A stretch of DNA of 64,000 bases, taken from positions 29,327-93,326 of the forward strand of contig JAFDYD010000019.1 of the NCBI GenBank assembly GCA_018267615.1. Direction: 5' to 3'. The position numbers and the translations under genes are program-made. Positions 54,566 through 64,000 of this stretch are shown in pieces (the first letter of the stretch is position 1; every line of letters starts with the position of its first letter). The DNA is from Bacteroidota bacterium. Its GTDB lineage: Bacteria; Bacteroidota; Bacteroidia; Chitinophagales; Chitinophagaceae. The notes beneath the pieces are model-generated. The model did not search any database, was not told the DNA's origin, and worked only from the letters and a program-made list of their open reading frames with translations.

Positions 54566-57091
54566 TTAAACTTCTGATTTCTCTTTTGTTCTTTCTTTCA
54601 ATGAGAATTTCAATTTTGAATTTTCTTTATCGAGATCAGCGATCATAATATCGCCAGCCTTAATACTCATATTCAAAATTTCTTCTGCCAGCGGATCTTC
54701 CAGGTATTTCTGGATGGCGCGATGCAAAGGACGAGCTCCGAATTGCTGGTCATATCCTTTTTCGGCAAGAAAATTCTTGGCTTCTTCAGTCAATTCTAAA
54801 GTGAATCCCAATTGAACAAGACGTTTCATTACACCCTTCATCAGGATATCGATGATTTCAAAGATATGTTCTTTGTTCAGCGAGTTGAATATAACGATAT
54901 CGTCTACACGATTGAGAAACTCCGGACTGAATGTACGCTTTAATGCTTTTTCAATAACCGCTTTATTATTCTCATCAGCATTAGCTGTACGGGAAGATGT
55001 TGCAAATCCTACTCCATCACCAAAATCCTTCAACTGGCGTGCACCAATGTTTGATGTCATGATGATCAGTGTATTCTTAAAATCAACTTTTCTACCCAAA
55101 CCATCAGTCAACTGTCCATCATCCAATACCTGCAAAAGAATATTGTAAATATCCGGATGCGCTTTTTCAATTTCATCCAGCAAAATCACTGAATATGGTT
55201 TTCTGCGCACTTTTTCAGTGAGCTGACCACCTTCTTCATAACCAACATATCCGGGAGGAGCACCAATCAAACGGCTCACGGTAAATTTCTCCATGTATTC
55301 ACTCATATCAATACGAACGAGTGAATCTTCAGAGTCGAACATGTATCTTGCAAGTGCTCTTGCCAATTCTGTTTTACCAACACCCGTTGGTCCCAGGAAT
55401 ATAAAAGTACCGATCGGCTTTTTAGGATCTTTCAATCCAACACGATTACGTTGAATGGCTTTAACCACTTTTTGTATCGCATCGGTCTGACCAACTACCA
55501 TTCCCGCCATATCAGTAGCCATGTTGCGTAACTTCTCACTCTCTGCCTGCACCATCCTTTTAACAGGTATGCCCGTCATCATACTCACCACTTCCGCAAT
55601 ATTTTCTTCGTCTATTGGATACCGTTTGTGCTTGCTTTCTTCTTCCCATTCAGCCTTCGCTTTTTCCAAATCTTCCTGCAAACGTTTTTCTGCATCGCGC
55701 AGAGAAGCTGCTTCCTCGAACTTCTGGCTCTTTACAACTTTATTCTTTTCATTCTTTACATCTTCTATTTTCTTCTCCAGATCAACGATATTCTGGGGAA
55801 CATTGATATTTTTAAGATGCACCCTCGCTCCTACTTCATCCAAAACGTCGATCGCTTTGTCCGGAAGCAAACGGTCAGTCATATAACGATCACTCAATTT
55901 TACGCAAGCCTCAATGGCATCGTTTGAATAAGTGACATTATGATAATCTTCGTATTTAGACTTGATATTATTCAATATCTGGATTGTTTCATCCACACTT
56001 GGCGGATCGATCATCACTTTTTGAAAACGTCTGTCCAACGCACCATCTTTTTCGATATACATTCTATATTCATCCAGAGTAGATGCCCCAATGCACTGGA
56101 GTTCACCTCTTGCAAGCGCCGGCTTGAATATATTCGAAGCATCAAGAGAACCACTGGCACCGCCAGCTCCAACGATGGTATGAATTTCGTCGATGAACAA
56201 TATCACATCGCGGTTCTTTTCAAGTTCATTCATGATCGCTTTCATCCTTTCTTCAAACTGTCCGCGATATTTTGTTCCTGCAACCAATGCTGCCAGGTCA
56301 AGAGATATCACTCTTTTATCAAACAACACACGCGAAACTTTTCGCTGAACAATGCGAAGCGCGAGACCTTCCACGATTGCGGTTTTACCCACTCCCGGTT
56401 CACCGATAAGTATCGGGTTGTTCTTCTTACGCCTCGAAAGAATTTGGGAAACTCTTTCAATTTCTTCTTCCCTGCCAACGATTGGATCGAGTGCATTCAT
56501 TTCGGCCAAGCGGGTAATATCCCTGCCGAAATTGTCGAGTACAGGAGTTTTGCTTTTAGCTGTACCGGTGCTGCGAACTTTTTGCTGAGAATATTTTTTC
56601 TCTTCATCAAAATCATCTTCGTTTTCCTCAGCATACTCGCTACGGGTATCGTTGCTTTTTACAACTCCTAGTTCATTTCTAAATAAGTCGTAATCCACGT
56701 CAAATTGATTTAAGATTTGTGTAGCAATGTTTTCTTTGTTTTTGAGAATAGAAAGCATCAGATGCTCTGTTTCTACAGTGGGACTCTTTAACGCCTTTGC
56801 CTCAAGTACCGTTACACGAATTACTTTCTCTGCCTGTTTAGTGAGGGGGAGACTGTTGATATTGGCAATATTCTTACCTGTTTTGTCTTTTACCGCCAGT
56901 TCAACTTCCTTTCTTAATTCATATAAATCTACATTAAAGCTTTTCAGGATGCGGATTGCTGTGTTATCGCCTTCACGAATCAAACCCAACAATAAGTGCT
57001 CCGTGCCGATAAAATCGTTACCCAACCGTAAGGCTTCTTCTCTACTGAACGAAATTATTTCCTTTACCTGGGCTGAAAAATTATTATCCAT
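54566..57091 (-). CDS. clpC: ATP-dependent Clp protease ATP-binding subunit (ClpC type)
   Basis: Clp-N repeats (GTEHLLLGL), [34 protein letters not shown]; start set at MDNNF. Confidence 0.95.
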   Translation of the reverse strand: MDNNFSAQVKEIISFSREEALRLGNDFIGTEHLLLGLIREGDNTAIRILKSFNVDLYELRKEVELAVKDKTGKNIANINSLPLTKQAEKVIRVTVLEAKALKSPTVETEHLMLSILKNKENIATQILNQFDVDYDLFRNELGVVKSNDTRSEYAEENEDDFDEEKKYSQQKVRSTGTAKSKTPVLDNFGRDITRLAEMNALDPIVGREEEIERVSQILSRRKKNNPILIGEPGVGKTAIVEGLALRIVQRKVSRVLFDKRVISLDLAALVAGTKYRGQFEERMKAIMNELEKNRDVILFIDEIHTIVGAGGASGSLDASNIFKPALARGELQCIGASTLDEYRMYIEKDGALDRRFQKVMIDPPSVDETIQILNNIKSKYEDYHNVTYSNDAIEACVKLSDRYMTDRLLPDKAIDVLDEVGARVHLKNINVPQNIVDLEKKIEDVKNEKNKVVKSQKFEEAASLRDAEKRLQEDLEKAKAEWEEESKHKRYPIDEENIAEVVSMMTGIPVKRMVQAESEKLRNMATDMAGMVVGQTDAIQKVVKAIQRNRVGLKDPKKPIGTFIFLGPTGVGKTELARALARYMFDSEDSLVRIDMSEYMEKFTVSRLIGAPPGYVGYEEGGQLTEKVRRKPYSVILLDEIEKAHPDIYNILLQVLDDGQLTDGLGRKVDFKNTLIIMTSNIGARQLKDFGDGVGFATSSRTANADENNKAVIEKALKRTFSPEFLNRVDDIVIFNSLNKEHIFEIIDILMKGVMKRLVQLGFTLELTEEAKNFLAEKGYDQQFGARPLHRAIQKYLEDPLAEEILNMSIKAGDIMIADLDKENSKLKFSLKERTKEKSEV

Positions 57092-57184
57092 TTTAAGTAA
57101 TTGAGCTTTATACAATAATAACGAATATTTTTGATTTCTGTTCCCGTCGAGTTATTAACGAACGTTAACAAATATTAAGTGTGT

Positions 57185-57559
57185 ATGAAGTTCAAAATTG
57201 ATACCAGAGAAAAATTCCATGCCATAACCATTCAGGAAATCAGTCTTGCTGCTAATATGACAGAAGAGCTGGACAAATGTTTACTATCACTACTCCAAAA
57301 TGACGTTAAGAACCTTGTGCTCGTATTAAAAGACATCGAAACAATCGATATTGCTGCGGCGGAACATTTGGTTGCAACTCAACAAACATTTTATGAAAAC
57401 AACGCGTCTTTCGTGATCTGTGAATTAAACAAATCGATCGAAAAAAAGTTGGATGATGAAGGCTTGTTGGAATTGATGAACATCACTCCAACCGAAAGCG
57501 AAGCCTACGATATTGTACAGATGGAGGAAATTGAAAGAGAATTGCTCGATGAAGAGTAA
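57185..57559 (+). CDS. STAS-domain protein
   Basis: KNLVLVLKDIETID...LV......ASFVICEL pattern; start at ATG 57185. Confidence 0.78.
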   Translation: MKFKIDTREKFHAITIQEISLAANMTEELDKCLLSLLQNDVKNLVLVLKDIETIDIAAAEHLVATQQTFYENNASFVICELNKSIEKKLDDEGLLELMNITPTESEAYDIVQMEEIERELLDEE

Positions 57560-57604
57560 GGCACTCGACATGCAAGTTTCGATTTTATTTACCAATCAAA
57601 ATTC

Positions 57605-58486
57605 ATGATCACACCGGAAGTTGAATCGGCGATAAGGTGCAACCTTTGTTCGCAACTGAACATTACCATCAATTCCTTTCGCGCATTTTCCGTTGGAGGC
57701 GGATCAATCAATGATACATACCGACTCCATATTAATGATAAACTGCAAGTGTTCTGTAAGATCAACTCTCTAAAAAAATATCCGTTGCTGTTTGAAAAAG
57801 AAAAGCGCGGCATGGAAATGATCCGCAACAAAAATGTGATCCGCGTTCCAAAAATCCTTTGCTGTTTCAATACAGATCAATACCAGGTGCTTATCATGGA
57901 ATGGATCGAGCAGGGTTTGAAAACGGAAAAATTCTGGAAGGTTTTTGGCGAACAACTAGCCCAATTACATTATGGCACCAATTCTTTTTTTGGGTTAGAA
58001 GAAGACAATTATATGGGCGCTTTGACTCAATCCAACAAAGCCCATGCTTCCTGGGTTGATTTTTTATTGGATGAAAGATTTATTCCGCAGGTCCGGCTTG
58101 CTCTTGAAAACAAGCTGCTCGAACCCGTGCAGGCGCGTAAGTTTGAGGATTTGTTCAAAGTATTACAAGATATATTCCCGGTTGAACAACCTTCATTTGT
58201 TCATGGCGATCTATGGAGCGGCAATTTCCTCGCAGATAAAAACGAAAATCCTGTTTTGATTGATCCCGCTGTTTACTGGGGAAATCGAAACATGGATCTT
58301 GGCATGACTACCTTATTCGGCGGTTTTGATAAGAGTTTTTATGAAGCATACCAACACCATATACTATTTCAAAAAAATTTCTACCAGCAATGGCAAATCT
58401 GCAATCTTTATCCATTGCTGATACATTTGAATCTTTTCGGGAAAACCTATCTCGCGGATATCGTTAACACAATAAAACAATATTAG
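57605..58486 (+). CDS. Fructosamine kinase family protein
   Basis: VGGGSIN, PSFVHGDLWSGN, IDPAVYWG.R.MDL. Confidence 0.9.
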   Translation: MITPEVESAIRCNLCSQLNITINSFRAFSVGGGSINDTYRLHINDKLQVFCKINSLKKYPLLFEKEKRGMEMIRNKNVIRVPKILCCFNTDQYQVLIMEWIEQGLKTEKFWKVFGEQLAQLHYGTNSFFGLEEDNYMGALTQSNKAHASWVDFLLDERFIPQVRLALENKLLEPVQARKFEDLFKVLQDIFPVEQPSFVHGDLWSGNFLADKNENPVLIDPAVYWGNRNMDLGMTTLFGGFDKSFYEAYQHHILFQKNFYQQWQICNLYPLLIHLNLFGKTYLADIVNTIKQY

Positions 58487-58520
58487 GTTGTAGCAATTGT
58501 AATTTTGTATTATTTTCATT

Positions 58521-58627
58521 TAAGGTATAGGATAAGGTAATTGGTGGAAGGTTTGAGAAAGATGATTGCTGCATGTTGCAATAAGAATTTCGGTTACGTC
58601 GTATAGTTATACCTTACACCTTGCACC
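58521..58627. repeat. Heptamer-unit inverted repeat (taaggta/tacctta family)
   Basis: taaggtataggataaggta (58521-58539) and tataccttacaccttgcacc (58608-58627). Confidence 0.65.
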
Positions 58628-58656
58628 AACAAATCGTATAACTTTAAAATCGAGCT

Positions 58657-59559
58657 GTGCTCTCTGTAACTATCTTAGGAAATAATTCTGCCTTACCGGC
58701 ATTTGATCGTCACCCCACTGCGCAGGTGATCACGATGGATGAACATTTGTTCCTCGTAGACTGCGGTGAAGGTACACAGTCGCAGATGGCCAAATACAAA
58801 ATCAGGCGAAGCAAGATCAATCATATTTTTATTTCACATCTTCACGGCGATCACTATTTCGGATTGATCGGTCTGATAACAAGCATGGGATTATTGGGGA
58901 GACAGCAGGATATACATCTTTACGCACCTTCTCCTTTGAAAGAAATTTTTGATATGCAACTAAAAGTAGCGGATACAAAACTTCCTTTTGAATTGAAGTT
59001 TCATCCACTACAGGAAGAAGGTATCATCGTCAAAGACAGCCGCTATGAAGTAAGCGCCTTCCGTGTTTTTCATCGCATAGAATGCTGGGGATTTAAATTC
59101 AGACAAATAAAACCTTTGCGCAAAGTAAATCCTGCAAAAGCTGTACAGCACCAGGTGCCTTCTTCATTTTTTGACCGGTTAAAATGGGGCGAAGACTATT
59201 TGACGAAAGATGGCCATCTTATAAAAAATGAATTGGTTACTGAAGCCGCGCCAAAAGCAAAATCTTATGCGTACTCTGCAGATACGGTATATAATGAATG
59301 CATCGCTGAAAAAATAAAAGGTGTTGATCTTTTATATCACGAAGCCACTTATCTAAAAGATCTTGAGGAAAGAGCTATCAAACGTTTTCATAGCACCACT
59401 GTCCAAGCAGCAACCATCGCGCAAAAAGCTGGCGTGAGCAGATTAATCATTGGACATTTCAGTTCCAAATACGAAAAGCTCGAGGAATTTGAAAAAGAAG
59501 CCAAAGAAATTTTTCCGAATACAGAGCTGGCACTGGAAGGAGTTACCTACCGGGTTTGA
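58657..59559 (+). CDS. rnz: Ribonuclease Z
   Basis: LVDCGEGTQ, ISHLHGDHYFG, AYSADT, LYHEAT, HST, IGHFSSKY; GTG start. Confidence 0.95.
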   Translation: MLSVTILGNNSALPAFDRHPTAQVITMDEHLFLVDCGEGTQSQMAKYKIRRSKINHIFISHLHGDHYFGLIGLITSMGLLGRQQDIHLYAPSPLKEIFDMQLKVADTKLPFELKFHPLQEEGIIVKDSRYEVSAFRVFHRIECWGFKFRQIKPLRKVNPAKAVQHQVPSSFFDRLKWGEDYLTKDGHLIKNELVTEAAPKAKSYAYSADTVYNECIAEKIKGVDLLYHEATYLKDLEERAIKRFHSTTVQAATIAQKAGVSRLIIGHFSSKYEKLEEFEKEAKEIFPNTELALEGVTYRV

Positions 59560-59572
59560 AAGGAATCGATAA

Positions 59573-59683
59573 AGAAATATTCAACAATCAATATTCAACA
59601 ATCAATGTTCAAGTGGAATTAAATAGCATGTTGCATTGCCTACTTGAACATTGATTGTTGAATATTGATTGTTGAATATTTCT
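59573..59683. repeat. Perfect 42-bp inverted repeat with 14-bp internal period, 27-nt loop
   Basis: agaaatattcaacaatcaatattcaacaatcaatgttcaagt (59573-59614) is the exact reverse complement of 59642-59683. Confidence 0.92.
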
Positions 59684-59695
59684 GTATCAATTTCC

Positions 59696-60172
59696 TCATT
59701 GGTCTCTCTTGTAGTAATAGTCTTCTTTTGAAAATTTGCCAGCCTGGTTCCCATCGATCCATGCATGCAAAGAATCTGTCGCCGTAAATTGATAAGCCAC
59801 TCTTTGTGGAAAATCATGATCAGGATTTTCAAAGACAAAAGTTTTATTGGAAGATGAAACTAATTTGAAAGAAACTTCCTGTCCCTGGTTTTGGTTTCTT
59901 ACCCTGGCGATATAATAAAGTTCATTATTGATATTTACGATCCTTGTCGCTTCAAAAACAATGGTGTCATTATTTTTGAGCATGTAAGACTTTCCGGACA
60001 ATTCATTATCGCTTATTTTTGTCCAACGCTCGTAAATTGTTTTGCCTTTTATTTCCGTTTTCCAAACTCCGCCCAATTGCTGAAGCTGATCGAATGAATT
60101 GTTTTGCTGACCGGAGCTTATAGAAATAATCATAAGATTCAAAGCAAAAACAAAAAATAGGAATTTAGTCAT
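59696..60172 (-). CDS. Secreted DUF6265-like protein
   Basis: Signal peptide, L.QLGGVWK, YERW, VFENPDHDFPQRVAY; start set at MTKFL to avoid overlap. Confidence 0.75.
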   Translation of the reverse strand: MTKFLFFVFALNLMIISISSGQQNNSFDQLQQLGGVWKTEIKGKTIYERWTKISDNELSGKSYMLKNNDTIVFEATRIVNINNELYYIARVRNQNQGQEVSFKLVSSSNKTFVFENPDHDFPQRVAYQFTATDSLHAWIDGNQAGKFSKEDYYYKRDQ

Positions 60173-60182
60173 AGTAGTTTTT

Positions 60183-61142
60183 TTAATTTGAGTATTGTTC
60201 AATAATCCATTGTTGAATTTTTCGATTCGCTACCGCGGCAATCTCCACCGGGAAATAATTGAATGCGTGAGGACATTCCGGATATACGGCAAGAAATGTT
60301 TTATTACCTGCAACTCTCCAGCGCGACTCCATGAAAAATGAATCGTCAATGACCGGGTCTGCTGTTCCTACGGTGAACAAAGCTGGTGGCAATCCTTTTA
60401 AATTCGCGTACAAGGGTGAATTTGCAGGATTTTGAAGTTGTTTTGTATCCAGCTTTCCAAAAACAAATTCAAATGTTGCATCAACATTTGTTTTTGAAAG
60501 AATGGGAGTACTATCCGTTGTTTGCCTGAGTGACGGCGTGCGTGAAATATCGAAACAACCATACATAAGATTAACGCCTTTCACTTTATCAATTGCGTGC
60601 AGTGAATCGCGCACATATAAAAGAGTTAAAGCCGATAAATGTGCCCCGGAGGATCCGCCTGAAATAAATATTTTTTCGGTGCCAAATTCTTTGAGTGCAT
60701 TTTCCACCAACCATTTTGCCGACGCTTTACAATCTTCCAGGCATGCAGGAAATGCAGCCTGAGAAGCCAACCGATAATCTACACTTACCACAGCAACGCT
60801 ACAAACCTTGGACAACAAATCATTATTAAAGTCATTGTCTGCCGCTGCACCGAAAGTCCATCCACCGCCGTGAATTTCGAGTACTACACCCCGGATATTA
60901 CCCGGTTTAAAAATCCGCAAAGGCAAATCTCCCCCGGGTCCTTTGATATTTTTTACAATGGGTTTCGAAAGTGGTTGTAGAATGGGCGGAGGTTCATTGG
61001 CCAACAATAATTTTTTATTCAGTGACTTGATCTCTGGTAAATACGAGGAAAAATCTTCCGAAAAATTCGACTGCTGCGCCACTATCTTGTTTTGAAAAAC
61101 AAATGACAGCGCAAGCATGCATGCAAAACATTTTTTGTACAT
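60183..61142 (-). CDS. Secreted alpha/beta hydrolase (HSL-family esterase/lipase)
   Basis: EIHGGGW, SVDYRLA, GGSSGAHL, GTADPVIDD, CPHAF. Confidence 0.9.
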   Translation of the reverse strand: MYKKCFACMLALSFVFQNKIVAQQSNFSEDFSSYLPEIKSLNKKLLLANEPPPILQPLSKPIVKNIKGPGGDLPLRIFKPGNIRGVVLEIHGGGWTFGAAADNDFNNDLLSKVCSVAVVSVDYRLASQAAFPACLEDCKASAKWLVENALKEFGTEKIFISGGSSGAHLSALTLLYVRDSLHAIDKVKGVNLMYGCFDISRTPSLRQTTDSTPILSKTNVDATFEFVFGKLDTKQLQNPANSPLYANLKGLPPALFTVGTADPVIDDSFFMESRWRVAGNKTFLAVYPECPHAFNYFPVEIAAVANRKIQQWIIEQYSN

Positions 61143-61305
61143 GGTTTTGGATTTAAAATTTCATAATCAGTATTTGGAGAAAAAGGAGTAACACTTGAAA
61201 TATACAACCAAGTACAATCACAATTCCAGCAGCTGATCGTTTACTAAATCAATCGACTTTAAAACCATGTACACGAGTCTGAAAATGGAAACAGTCGTCG
61301 CCGGC

Positions 61306-62202
61306 TTATAATTGCAGCGAAAAATTCTTTTTCAGGTAAGACTTCATACGCACATTCAATCCATCGCTCAGCGGCACCAAAGGAAGGCGAAGAAAATTAT
61401 TAATGAGTCCCATTTCAGCCATCGCAGCTTTTACACCAGCAGGATTGTTTTCAGCAAATAATAAATCATAAGCTTCCAACAACTGGTCATTGATCAGCTT
61501 TGCAGTTTTGAAATCTGATTTCAGTGCGGCACGAACCATATCAGCAAACCTGTCCGGGAAACTATTTGCAGCCACGCTGATCACGCCATCCATACCACAA
61601 GCAATCTGCGACATTGCCAATACATCGTCTCCGCTCACGATTAAAAAATCTTCGGGACGATCTCGCAGTATCTGCATGCATTGCACCATATCGCCACCCG
61701 CTTCTTTGATGCCGGCAATATTTTCCACTTCATTCGCGAGACGAATTATCGTGGATGCATTTACGTTACGACCGGTTCTTGCCGGAACATTATACAAAAT
61801 AATTGGTTTGGGAGATGCTTCAGCAAGCACTTTATAATGTGCAAAAAGTCCTTCCTGCGAAGGTTTGCTGTAATAAGGACTTGCACTCAATACAGCAATC
61901 GATTTATCCAAAGGAAATTTTTCAAGATCTTTTACCACTTCTTCCGTGTTGTTACCGCCGACACCCACCACAACAGGCACACGACCATTTACATGTTCAT
62001 ACGTAAAGTTGATCAATTCAATTTTTTCTTCTTTTGATAATGTAGGCGTTTCACCAGTAGTTCCCAATACTACCACATAATCAACGCCACCTTTGATTAC
62101 AAAATCGATTACTCTACCCATTGCATTAAAATCGATTTCCAGGTCAGCAGCAAAAGGTGTTATCAGCGCGACACCTGTTCCTTGCAAATTTTCTCTCAAC
62201 AT
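61306..62202 (-). CDS. dapA: 4-hydroxy-tetrahydrodipicolinate synthase
   Basis: GTGVALITPF, LGTTGET, PYYSKP, LYNVPART, GIKEA, NPAGVK. Confidence 0.96.
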   Translation of the reverse strand: MLRENLQGTGVALITPFAADLEIDFNAMGRVIDFVIKGGVDYVVVLGTTGETPTLSKEEKIELINFTYEHVNGRVPVVVGVGGNNTEEVVKDLEKFPLDKSIAVLSASPYYSKPSQEGLFAHYKVLAEASPKPIILYNVPARTGRNVNASTIIRLANEVENIAGIKEAGGDMVQCMQILRDRPEDFLIVSGDDVLAMSQIACGMDGVISVAANSFPDRFADMVRAALKSDFKTAKLINDQLLEAYDLLFAENNPAGVKAAMAEMGLINNFLRLPLVPLSDGLNVRMKSYLKKNFSLQL

Positions 62203-62235
62203 TTTTTTATTTTTAAAAAAGATTCTCAAAAAGTT

Positions 62236-63240
62236 TTATTCACCTTGTACAGTCTGCGCGGCGTTCACTTCTACTTCATTCCAAAATCCCATGCCGCTGA
62301 ATTTTTCGATCCGCTTCTCTATGCGGTATTCGGGTGAATATTGTTTCAGCTCACGAATGGTTTCTATCAATCTTGGTTTTAACAAAGCACCTGCTTCATT
62401 ATAATCCCAATGCGCCCCGCCCAATGGTTCCGGAATAATTCCATCGATCAAATGAAAATTATACATATTATCCGGGGTCAGCCTGAGTTCTTCCGCTGCT
62501 TTTTCTTTTTGATCCCAACTGCGCCAGAGAATGGAGCTGCAATTTTCAGGAGAGATAACCGTGTACCATGAATTTTCCAACATAAAAACCCTGTCGCCCA
62601 CTCCAATTCCAAGCGCGCCGCCGGATGCGCCTTCACCAATGATCACACATATAACAGGCACCTTTAACCGAATCATCTCATAAATATTTCTGGCGATGGC
62701 TTCACCCTGTCCCCTTTCTTCCGCTTCCATGCCGGGATAAGCGCCGGGTGTATCGATCAATGTAATAACAGGCTTGTCAAATTTTTCCGCCAGCTTCATC
62801 AGTCGTAAAGCTTTGCGGTATCCTTCGGGGTTAGCCATACCAAAATTGCGCATCTGGCGCATTTTTGTGTTGGTACCTTTTTGCTGCCCGATCATCATCA
62901 CTGTTTGTCCACCGAGTTGCGCAAAACCACCCACCATCGCTTTGTCATCCCGTACATTTCTGTCGCCGAACAATTCAATAAAATTGTCGCACATTTTTTC
63001 AATATACTTCAATGTATATGGACGATCCGGATGGCGGCTCAACTGAACTTTTTGCCAGCTCGTAAGATGCTGTGTGATCTCACGCCTTTTTTCAATAACC
63101 TGTTCCTGCAGTTTCCGAATGGGATCCGACAGATCGACTTTTGTTTTTTCGGCAGTCTGTTTTAATTTTTCTATTTCATCAAATAATTCCTTGATCGGTT
63201 TTTCGAAATCCAGGAACTGTCGATTTTTGTCAAGTGGCAT
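62236..63240 (-). CDS. accA: Acetyl-CoA carboxylase carboxyltransferase alpha subunit
   Basis: [51 protein letters not shown]. Confidence 0.97.
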   Translation of the reverse strand: MPLDKNRQFLDFEKPIKELFDEIEKLKQTAEKTKVDLSDPIRKLQEQVIEKRREITQHLTSWQKVQLSRHPDRPYTLKYIEKMCDNFIELFGDRNVRDDKAMVGGFAQLGGQTVMMIGQQKGTNTKMRQMRNFGMANPEGYRKALRLMKLAEKFDKPVITLIDTPGAYPGMEAEERGQGEAIARNIYEMIRLKVPVICVIIGEGASGGALGIGVGDRVFMLENSWYTVISPENCSSILWRSWDQKEKAAEELRLTPDNMYNFHLIDGIIPEPLGGAHWDYNEAGALLKPRLIETIRELKQYSPEYRIEKRIEKFSGMGFWNEVEVNAAQTVQGE

Positions 63241-63396
63241 AATCAGATTGTTGACTTAACATTTTTTGTAAGACGATAAACGGCAAACGTAAAATATTTT
63301 TTGATATTTCGATGAGTCGCACGATTTCAAGTCATTGTAAAATTAAGGTATGTAGGTTTTTTAGTAAAGTTTTATTGGAGAAAATCAAAATTCGCA

Positions 63397-63404
63397 TATC
63401 TTTG
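63397..63404 (+). promoter_or_regulatory. -7 element TATCTTTG upstream of tRNA-Asp
   Basis: TAnnTTTG match ~215 nt upstream of the tRNA. Confidence 0.6.
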
Positions 63405-63619
63405 CCACCCTTCAGAATCATGATGCATGGGATTGGGGAGGATTGTGGGGAAAAGATAAAATGATGTTCAAAAGTCTTGTTGTCAATATTCTCTGCAGTC
63501 ATAAATTCTCGACAGGAAATGTAGGAAAGAATATTTGAAATGACTGATTTAGACGTCGTGCTAAATTCCTAATAAGTGACGATAAATTTTTAAATAAGGA
63601 TTAGTCCTTATTATTTGAA

Positions 63620-63693
63620 GGATCGGTAGTTCAGTTGGTTAGAATGCTGCCCTGTCACGGCAGAGGTCGCGGGTTCGAGTCCCGTCCGGTCCG
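63620..63693 (+). tRNA. tRNA-Asp (GTC), CCA not encoded
   Basis: Acceptor GGATCGG/CCGGTCC, D-arm AGTTCAGTTGGTTAGAAT, anticodon arm CTGCC-CTGTCAC-GGCAG, T-loop GGTTCGAGT. Confidence 0.97.
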
Positions 63694-63700
63694 CGTTCAG

Positions 63701-63728
63701 AGGGTCACAATGATTGTGACCCTTTTTT
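63701..63728 (+). terminator. Intrinsic terminator after tRNA-Asp
   Basis: agggtcacaa-tga-ttgtgaccct followed by a T-run. Confidence 0.88.
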
Positions 63729-63772
63729 GTGTTCTTAAGCTTAATTCTCACCTGGACCTCTGCGGTTTCCCT

Positions 63773-64000
63773 CTACATAACAAAGGCGCGTTTAAGCCAC
63801 CGCTTCAATAAACTGGTCTTTTTGCCTTTGATTATGCCATAACGGATAAAGTTATCATGGCACCAAATGAAAATATTCCCGCCGAGTTTGCGCGTATGTG
63901 CATGACAGTTATAGTCGAAAATGGAATAGATCACATTTCCGTGATTGAACGGAAAATCTTGATACATCTCTTTTGAATGTCTATCATACATTGAGAAATT
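63773..64000 (-). CDS. Probable 3' end of a gene running off the window edge
   Basis: Frame stays open from 64000 to the stop at 63773; convergent on tRNA-Asp; product not recognised. Confidence 0.4.
   Translation of the reverse strand, partial: NFSMYDRHSKEMYQDFPFNHGNVIYSIFDYNCHAHTRKLGGNIFIWCHDNFIRYGIIKGKKTSLLKRWLKRAFVM

Noticed and set aside
53691-59683. Heptamer arrays as CRISPR or simple terminators
   Set aside because: No repeat-spacer structure; several lack U-tails or sit beside separate canonical terminators

Overview
This is a core-genome segment of a Bacteroidetes chromosome, most likely Chitinophagaceae-like (inferred from the TAnnTTTG promoters and gene content). Most genes lie on the minus strand. 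From left to right it holds the spc/S10 ribosomal-protein block (rplF to rpsJ), an S9 peptidase, fusA, a ~16.5 kb seven-gene insert, rpsG-rpsL, and housekeeping genes (ilvE, rdgB, aroE, yidC, pyrG, proC, rfaD, purL, glnA type III, cmk, clpC, rnz, dapA, accA), ending with tRNA-Asp(GTC). The most striking feature is that the normally contiguous rpsL-rpsG-fusA-rpsJ run is split into separately promoted pieces. Between rpsG and fusA sits a co-oriented module of uncharacterised envelope proteins: an outer-membrane beta-barrel, an 1881-aa multi-domain protein, a 220-aa secreted protein, a five-FN3 protein and an IPT/TIG-kelch lipoprotein, followed by a propeller-sensor LytS/LytTR two-component system. 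It is a candidate dedicated export or surface-assembly system. A second theme is a set of intergenic inverted repeats built from 7-8 bp tandem units at nine sites. Candidate structured leaders precede rplC and fusA, and a perfect palindrome overlaps the ilvE promoter. No CRISPR array, integrase, transposase or rRNA was seen. All family assignments come from motif recognition by eye; no database search was run.
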